Source: Thermoplasmatota archaeon (GTDB lineage: Archaea; Thermoplasmatota; Poseidoniia; Poseidoniales; Poseidoniaceae). Taken from it: a stretch of 64,000 bases of DNA. A program made the position numbers and the translations under genes. Below the pieces are notes generated by a model. The model ran no database searches. It was not told where the DNA came from and was given only the letters and a program-made list of their open reading frames with translations. Each line of letters begins with the position of its first letter. Position 1 is the stretch's first letter. Where the stretch lies: positions 13,033-77,032 of the forward strand of contig JAYYDY010000035.1 in the NCBI GenBank assembly GCA_036160375.1, written 5' to 3'. Positions 58,451-64,000 of the stretch are shown here, piece after piece.

Positions 58451-61101
58451 GCCCCGTCCTCCAAATCCTGCTTCAATGCATAGAGCACATCAAGGGCCTG
58501 CCGTGGGCTTAATTCGTCGACTTGCGTGTTCCTCAAGCGCTCAAGCGCCTTTCGTTCCTCTGGTGGAACAAGAGGCGCATTGGCCTCCTTGGTTTTCATG
58601 GCGGCTGCGGCAAAGTAACCCATCAGACTGGCCTGGCCCGCATCCCTTGATTGCGGCGCCCCTTGTTCACCCGCCTTGGCCCCGCCTGCTTGCTGTTCTA
58701 GGAACGCCAACAGGTCCGTGGCTCGTTCCACCACGTTTCGTGGAAGTCCTGCAAGGGCTGCGACTTGGACACCATAGGAATCGTCGCATGGTCCATCAGC
58801 GACGCTGTGCATGAACCGCAGTTGCCCGTCGGTGTGCGCTACTTGAACGTGGACGTTGCACAAGCCGTCGATTTCATCCTCCAATCCGATGAGTTGGTGA
58901 TAGTGGGTGGCAAACATGGTTCGAGCGCCAATGCGAGAACAGATGTCTTCGGTGACAGACCAAGCGATGGACAAGCCGTCAAACGTGGAGGTGCCTCTTC
59001 CGATTTCGTCGAGGAGCACGAGGGAGCGGTTGGTGGCTCGTTTCAAAATGTGCGCCACCTCAATCATCTCCATCATGAAGGTCGACCTTCCACGTTTGAG
59101 GTCATCACTCGCACCCACACGGGTGAATATCCGGTCAACCAGGCCGATTTTTGCCGTTGCAGCTGGCACAAAACAACCCGCCTGCGCCAACACCGAAACC
59201 AAGGCCACCGTGCGAAGGTAGGTCGATTTCCCGCCCATGTTCGGGCCCGTGATGAGGAGGAAACTTCGCTTGGTGTTCATCACGACGTCGTTGGGTACGA
59301 AACCCGTTTGGGTCTCAAGCACTGGGTGGCGAGCGCCTTCGAGTTTGATGACGTGTTGATCGTTAATCTCCGGTTTGGTCCAACCTCGCTCACGGCTCAC
59401 CGTTGCAAAGCACTGAAGCACATCGATGGACGCCACTCGCCGTGCAACGTCGGCGAGGGCTGAGGCGTGCGCCACGCAATAACTTCGCAGTTCGAGGAAT
59501 TTTCTGTACTCGAGTTCTTTGAGTTTTGAATCAGCCGTGAGCAGCAGGTCGTCGCGTTCCACCAGTTCTTCGGTGGTGTACCTTGAACCGTTGGTGAGTT
59601 GTTGCTTCCTTCGCCATGTCTCGGGCACCTTGTCGAGGTGGGTTTGGGTCACTTCGATGTACCAGCCAACCTGGCGGTTGTTCTTCACCTTCAACGAAGG
59701 GATGCTCAATTCTTCCCTGAGTCGCTGCTCAAGCGAGGTGAACCAAGCCTTTCCTTCGGTAGTGACGGTGCGCAAACGGTCGACCTCTTCGTCGACACCC
59801 GGCCGCAACAGTCCTCCGTCGCGCAAGCCAAGAGGTGCCTCTTCGGTGAGCGTGTGGCGAATGGTCGCCATCATTTCGTTCAACTGTTCAAGGCCCTCGC
59901 TCAAATGCGTGAGCAGCGGGTCTTGACTGTCTCGGCACCATTGAGCAACGGCCGGCATGCGCTCAAGCGCATGAGCGGTAGCGACCAAATCACGAGCATT
60001 GCTTCGCTGGTAGGCCAGCTGGGTGGCCAAGCGTTCCATGTCCCTGATGCCCTTGAGCGATGTTCGCATCCCGTCCAGTCGTCGTGCGGAGCGGGACAGG
60101 GTGCCCACAGCGGCGTGCCGTGTTTGAATCGCATCACGGTCGGACAGCGGATGAAGCACCCATGTTTTCAGAAGACGCCTCCCCATGGCGGTGCGGCATC
60201 GATTCAGGGTGGACAGGAGACTTCCGTCGTATTCCCCAGCCAGGGTCGCGGTCAACTCGAGGTTGCGTAGTGTGGTTTGGTCGAGCAGAAGATGGCCCTG
60301 TTCTTCGACCATCTCAACGTCTTGCAGTGGCACATCCGGTTGGCGGTGAACCGTTGCGAGATAATCGGCCGCCAAGCCGGTGGCTGAAATGGCCAACGGT
60401 GCGTGGTCGAGGTCCAAATGGCCCAAGTCCGCCACGTTCAACATGGTTCGCAGCCGCTCATCCCGTTTCGCAGGGCTGAGGTTGTGCTGGCTGACCATGG
60501 TGGCATCGAGCAGAGGGAAGAGCCGAGAAAGTTGATCGTTGGCAGCATCTTTGGGTGTCAAGACGAGTTCGCTCGGTTGCCATCGAAGCAGGTCGTCCTG
60601 CAGGCGCAACAGACGATCAACCCCGCCGTGGGTTGAAGCCCACGCCTTCCCGGTTGAAGCGTCGATGACGGAGAGGCCGAGCGCATCGGAACCCAGGACA
60701 ACGGCTGCAAGAAGGGATTGCTCATCACCGTCGAGAAGGCCCTCTTCGTAGAGGCTGCCCGGCGTGTAGACGCGCGTGACCACGCGTTCCAGTAATTTTG
60801 CACCGGGTCGTAATTCCTCTTCCTGTTCCGCCACCGTCACTTTGTACCCTGCCCGCAACATGGTTCGAAGATGTTCTTCCAGCCCGTGCCACGGAAAACC
60901 AGCCATTGGGATGGGTTGTTCCGCATTTTTATCGCGGGATGTGAGTGAAAGTCCCAGCACCTCGGCCGCCACCTCGGCATCATCGTGAAAGAGTTCGTAA
61001 AAATCACCCATGCGAAAGAAGAGGATGGTGTCCGGGTGCTGTTCTTTGATGTCAAAGAACTGGTCCATCATTCCACGTTTGGTCATCGTCGTTGCCTCCA
61101 T
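58447..61101 (-). CDS. mutS: DNA mismatch repair protein MutS (MutS1 type)
   Basis: N-terminal mismatch-binding domain (TPMMQQY-like region FFRMGDFYELF). Walker A ITGPNMGGKST. HTH at the C-terminus. 884 aa. Confidence 0.9.
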   Translation of the reverse strand: MEATTMTKRGMMDQFFDIKEQHPDTILFFRMGDFYELFHDDAEVAAEVLGLSLTSRDKNAEQPIPMAGFPWHGLEEHLRTMLRAGYKVTVAEQEEELRPGAKLLERVVTRVYTPGSLYEEGLLDGDEQSLLAAVVLGSDALGLSVIDASTGKAWASTHGGVDRLLRLQDDLLRWQPSELVLTPKDAANDQLSRLFPLLDATMVSQHNLSPAKRDERLRTMLNVADLGHLDLDHAPLAISATGLAADYLATVHRQPDVPLQDVEMVEEQGHLLLDQTTLRNLELTATLAGEYDGSLLSTLNRCRTAMGRRLLKTWVLHPLSDRDAIQTRHAAVGTLSRSARRLDGMRTSLKGIRDMERLATQLAYQRSNARDLVATAHALERMPAVAQWCRDSQDPLLTHLSEGLEQLNEMMATIRHTLTEEAPLGLRDGGLLRPGVDEEVDRLRTVTTEGKAWFTSLEQRLREELSIPSLKVKNNRQVGWYIEVTQTHLDKVPETWRRKQQLTNGSRYTTEELVERDDLLLTADSKLKELEYRKFLELRSYCVAHASALADVARRVASIDVLQCFATVSRERGWTKPEINDQHVIKLEGARHPVLETQTGFVPNDVVMNTKRSFLLITGPNMGGKSTYLRTVALVSVLAQAGCFVPAATAKIGLVDRIFTRVGASDDLKRGRSTFMMEMIEVAHILKRATNRSLVLLDEIGRGTSTFDGLSIAWSVTEDICSRIGARTMFATHYHQLIGLEDEIDGLCNVHVQVAHTDGQLRFMHSVADGPCDDSYGVQVAALAGLPRNVVERATDLLAFLEQQAGGAKAGEQGAPQSRDAGQASLMGYFAAAAMKTKEANAPLVPPEERKALERLRNTQVDELSPRQALDVLYALKQDLEDGA

Positions 61102-61193
61102 GGCTCGCGCTGGAGTTTGTCAACCCCGACGAGAGCACATGAAGGTTCTCAATCAACGGCGTGCTCTGCCTTGATTTCTCAAGAAACAGCCTT

Positions 61194-62399
61194 TCAATTT
61201 CGTCCGATCAGCTGGCGACCAGCATGGGACGCCATCATGGAAAGCATCACGGCGCCGAACAAGAGGAACATGAGGTTGAGGAAGCCACGACCACTCTCTA
61301 TAGAGCCATCAGCGGTGGTGTCGATGGACCATTGAATGGGAAAACCGTTCTCGTCAACGCCGTGGACGTGAACGTGGTCGCCCTGCATACCGGCATCGGT
61401 CACATCAACCGGTACGTGGCGGCTGAGTTGGTGGACCTCGAATCCTGCGCTGTCGTACGTGGCGATGCTGGTTGAACCAAGGGCTCCGATGAACCACACC
61501 GTTCCATCTGCATCCCCCACGACCCTCGCAGCAGGTGCCTCAATGGCCGAAACCTGTTCGCTTTGGGTGATGATGAGGCTCTCAACGGTGCCTCCAACAA
61601 CCAGGGTCTCGCCTGCGTGAGCGACACTGTGAAACACACCGCTGGCAAACATCTGGACGTTCCTGAGGACCGGGGTGGCATCGTCACCGTCCCACAGGAT
61701 CCAACCCAACACGGGGCGAGACTCGGGTGTTGCGGGGCTTGAACCATCGGCACCGCTTGAACTGGTGTGCGTCCCATAGGCCACCCATAGACCGTCGCTG
61801 TGTGCTTCGAGGCCGTGCCACTGGACGCCGGACGACATGGACATAGCGGACGTGGGCACGCCGTTCGCAATGCCTCTCATGGAGGTGCTGCTTCCTTCAG
61901 CGGTCAACAACAATCGCTGCGTGCCTTCATCTGTCATCCGGTCGGCCGCGTCGAGTACCGCAAACGTCTCCTCAAAGGAGGAGTAATCGTAGGTGATGAG
62001 GAGGTTGTCTTGAATGCCCATCACCTGATTGGAGGCCACCGAAAAGAGAAGCTCACCGCTCGGCATGGTTCGAAGAAATTTCACCTGGGCGCCCATGTCG
62101 TTGCCTTGCGGGCTGTACACTTCGGAAGGCAACCCCTCGGCGTGCTCTGTGAACAGATGGTAGCCTTCGTTTGGAGCGTAGACCAACGCGGTGTAGCCAT
62201 CGCCATCGGGGTTGTACTCAATGTGGGTGACCAAACCGCCTTGGTGCAGTGCATCATCGTTGACGACCGTGTCGCCCACGAAGTGTTCGGTGGCTTCAAT
62301 CGCAAAGGCGCCGAGGGCCACGAACATCGCAAACATGGAAAGGGTCAGCCATTGATGCTCGGATTCCTCTTCGAGGAGCCGTCGCCAACCACCAGCCAT
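61194..62399 (-). CDS. membrane-anchored beta-rich protein (hypothetical)
   Basis: N-terminal TM LTLSMFAMFVALGAFAI. C-terminal TM FLNLMFLLFGAVMLSMM. The middle is Gly/Ser/Thr-rich. Confidence 0.35.
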   Translation of the reverse strand: MAGGWRRLLEEESEHQWLTLSMFAMFVALGAFAIEATEHFVGDTVVNDDALHQGGLVTHIEYNPDGDGYTALVYAPNEGYHLFTEHAEGLPSEVYSPQGNDMGAQVKFLRTMPSGELLFSVASNQVMGIQDNLLITYDYSSFEETFAVLDAADRMTDEGTQRLLLTAEGSSTSMRGIANGVPTSAMSMSSGVQWHGLEAHSDGLWVAYGTHTSSSGADGSSPATPESRPVLGWILWDGDDATPVLRNVQMFASGVFHSVAHAGETLVVGGTVESLIITQSEQVSAIEAPAARVVGDADGTVWFIGALGSTSIATYDSAGFEVHQLSRHVPVDVTDAGMQGDHVHVHGVDENGFPIQWSIDTTADGSIESGRGFLNLMFLLFGAVMLSMMASHAGRQLIGRN

Positions 62400-62484
62400 G
62401 AACGGGGGTGGGGCGGGAGCAACATGAAGACTTTGCTCGTTCAGGGCCGGAAGGCACCTCCCAAAGCGTGGGCGAAGGGTGCGG

Positions 62485-62497
62485 AGATATCATAAAG
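62485..62497 (+). promoter_or_regulatory. candidate archaeal TATA box (GATATCATAAAGG) about 40 nt upstream of the L10e start
   Basis: An AT-rich hexamer in an otherwise GC-rich spacer, at a distance compatible with TATA (-26) plus a short 5'UTR. Confidence 0.25.
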
Positions 62498-62533
62498 GGA
62501 GCATCGGTCGCAGGGATGCTTGGAGGCATACCT

Positions 62534-63073
62534 ATGGCACGTAAACCCGCTGTGATGTACCGCCGCTTGAAAGGCCCAGCCTACACCCGCCGAAAGTACA
62601 TCGGTGGTGTGCCCAACAACCGTATCCATCAGTATCACGTCGGAAACCGACGTGCTGCGGAGACGGGCCAGTTCCAAGTCGTCCTCGAACTTCGCGCCGA
62701 CAACGACGTTCAGATTCGCCACACCGCTCTCGAAGCCGCTCGTGTCGTTTCCAACTCCACCATCCGTAAGGAGGCCGGCGCACAAGGCTATGCCCTCCGC
62801 GTTCACACCTTCCCCCACCACGTGCTCCGTGAAAACAAGCAAGCAACGGGTGCTGGTGCAGACCGTGTCTCCCAAGGTATGCGATGTGCCTTCGGAAAGA
62901 ACGTCGGTACGGCCGCTCGTGTCAAGCGTGGCCAGCGTGTGATCTCCATTCAGGTCAACGCTCCTCACTACCTCACAGCCCGTGATGCACTCCGCAAGGC
63001 CAGCATGAAGTTCCCTACCCCGTGCACCATCCGCCTCATCCGTGGACACGAGCACCTCAAGGGTCTCATTTGA
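62534..63073 (+). CDS. rpl10e: 50S ribosomal protein L10e (uL16)
   Basis: MARKPAVMYRR..KGPAYTRRKYIGGVP..RIHQY is the conserved uL16/L10e N-terminus. 179 aa. The track ORF starts upstream at 62408. Confidence 0.85.
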   Translation: MARKPAVMYRRLKGPAYTRRKYIGGVPNNRIHQYHVGNRRAAETGQFQVVLELRADNDVQIRHTALEAARVVSNSTIRKEAGAQGYALRVHTFPHHVLRENKQATGAGADRVSQGMRCAFGKNVGTAARVKRGQRVISIQVNAPHYLTARDALRKASMKFPTPCTIRLIRGHEHLKGLI

Positions 63074-63166
63074 GACGACGACAACACATCCGTTTCGCCG
63101 GGCTTGGCTCGGTTGACGGCAGGTGAAACAAAATAGAACAGACGAGAGGCTCGGTCAGGTGATGAA

Positions 63167-64000
63167 ATGCGTGTTGCCGTTCTGAAGGAAGACAATTGTC
63201 AACCGAAGAAGTGCAACGACGAGTGTCAGGTGTTCTGCCCTCCGGTCCGAAACGGGCAGGAATGCATCATCATGGATGAGAACACGGGCAAGCCGCACAT
63301 TTCGGAAAGCCTCTGCATTGGATGCGGTATTTGCATCAACAAGTGCCCGCATGACGCCTTGATCATCGAGAACCTTCCCAGCGAACTCGAAACCGACATG
63401 ATCCATCGGTATTCCATGAACGGGTTCCGTCTCTTCCGGTTGCCCACGCCGTCCAAGGAAAGCGTGGTGGGGATTCTCGGGCCCAACGGCATGGGGAAAT
63501 CGACAGCCATCAGTGCGCTCTCTGGGCGAATGATTCCCAACCTCGGCGACTGGTTGAACCAAGAAGCGCAATGGGACGAGGTCATCGACTCGCTGCCCAA
63601 AGGTGAGCTGCGAGACTTTTTCATCGCTGTCCAGGACGGCAAAATTCGGGTCGCAGTGAAACCCCAAAACGTGGATCGTCTTCCAAAAAGAATCACAGGA
63701 ACCGTCGCTGACCTCCTGAGCAAGGTCGACGAACGAGGTCTGCTGGAAGCGACCACTCGCTCGTTGGGGATTGACCACCTGATGGACCGAACGGTCCAGC
63801 AACTTTCGGGTGGTGAATTGCAACGCATGGCGATCGCTGCGACGATTTTGCGTGATGTGGACGTCTACTTCTTTGACGAACCCTCCTCCTACCTTGACAT
63901 CCACGAACGCATGCGCATCGTTCGCATCATTCAGGCCTTGGCTGAAACCAAACGGGTCATCGTGATCGAACACGACTTGGCCGTCCTCGACGTCTTGGCG
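63167..64000 (+). CDS. abcE1: ABCE1/RLI ribosome-recycling ATPase (partial, 3' end beyond window)
   Basis: My own translation from ATG 63167 reads MRVAVLKEDNCQPKKCNDECQVFCPPVRNG...CIGCGICINKCPHDAL, i.e. two 4Fe-4S ferredoxin motifs, followed by the Walker A GILGPNGMGKSTAI. It is not in the ORF track because no stop occurs before the window end. Confidence 0.85.
   Translation, partial: MRVAVLKEDNCQPKKCNDECQVFCPPVRNGQECIIMDENTGKPHISESLCIGCGICINKCPHDALIIENLPSELETDMIHRYSMNGFRLFRLPTPSKESVVGILGPNGMGKSTAISALSGRMIPNLGDWLNQEAQWDEVIDSLPKGELRDFFIAVQDGKIRVAVKPQNVDRLPKRITGTVADLLSKVDERGLLEATTRSLGIDHLMDRTVQQLSGGELQRMAIAATILRDVDVYFFDEPSSYLDIHERMRIVRIIQALAETKRVIVIEHDLAVLDVLA

Overview
This 64 kb window is a high-GC (about 58-60% by eye), gene-dense archaeal chromosomal segment with a mildly acidic proteome. 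Coding density is above 90%, and there are many 1-11 nt start/stop overlaps (ATGA, TGATG) that indicate translationally coupled operons. Most of the window is housekeeping: a conserved archaeal gene string (ribosomal protein S6e, aIF2-gamma, PIN-domain protein), Orc1/Cdc6, diphthamide synthase Dph2, DNA gyrase B/A, Hel308 helicase, TldD/PmbA, RPA plus RPA-associated protein, bacterial-type MutS/MutL, geranylgeranyl diphosphate synthase plus geranylgeranyl reductase for ether lipids, AroD, AroA, MoaA, acyl-CoA dehydrogenase, ribosomal protein L10e, and an ABCE1 gene that runs off the 3' end. The accessory-looking parts are: (i) an M28 peptidase, membrane protein and thymidylate-kinase-like fusion with a non-canonical P-loop, divergent from a 1400-residue PKD-repeat surface metalloprotease; (ii) a bacterial class II tRNA nucleotidyltransferase (GGxVRD) in an archaeal context, divergent from a stand-alone ParB/Srx-fold gene; (iii) a bacterial-style split Tad-like pilus platform (TadB-like, TadC-like, ATPase) with a class III signal-peptide pilin encoded 5 kb away; (iv) a hotdog thioesterase, SprT-like zincin and large membrane protein cassette. 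I found no tRNA, rRNA, CRISPR array or IS element by eye. I have not identified a recognised defence or mobile system; the candidates above are genuinely uncertain. Coordinates I counted by hand (alternative starts, inverted repeats) may be off by 1-2 nt; coordinates taken from the ORF track are used as given. The many long antisense ORFs are GC-driven shadow ORFs and were rejected.
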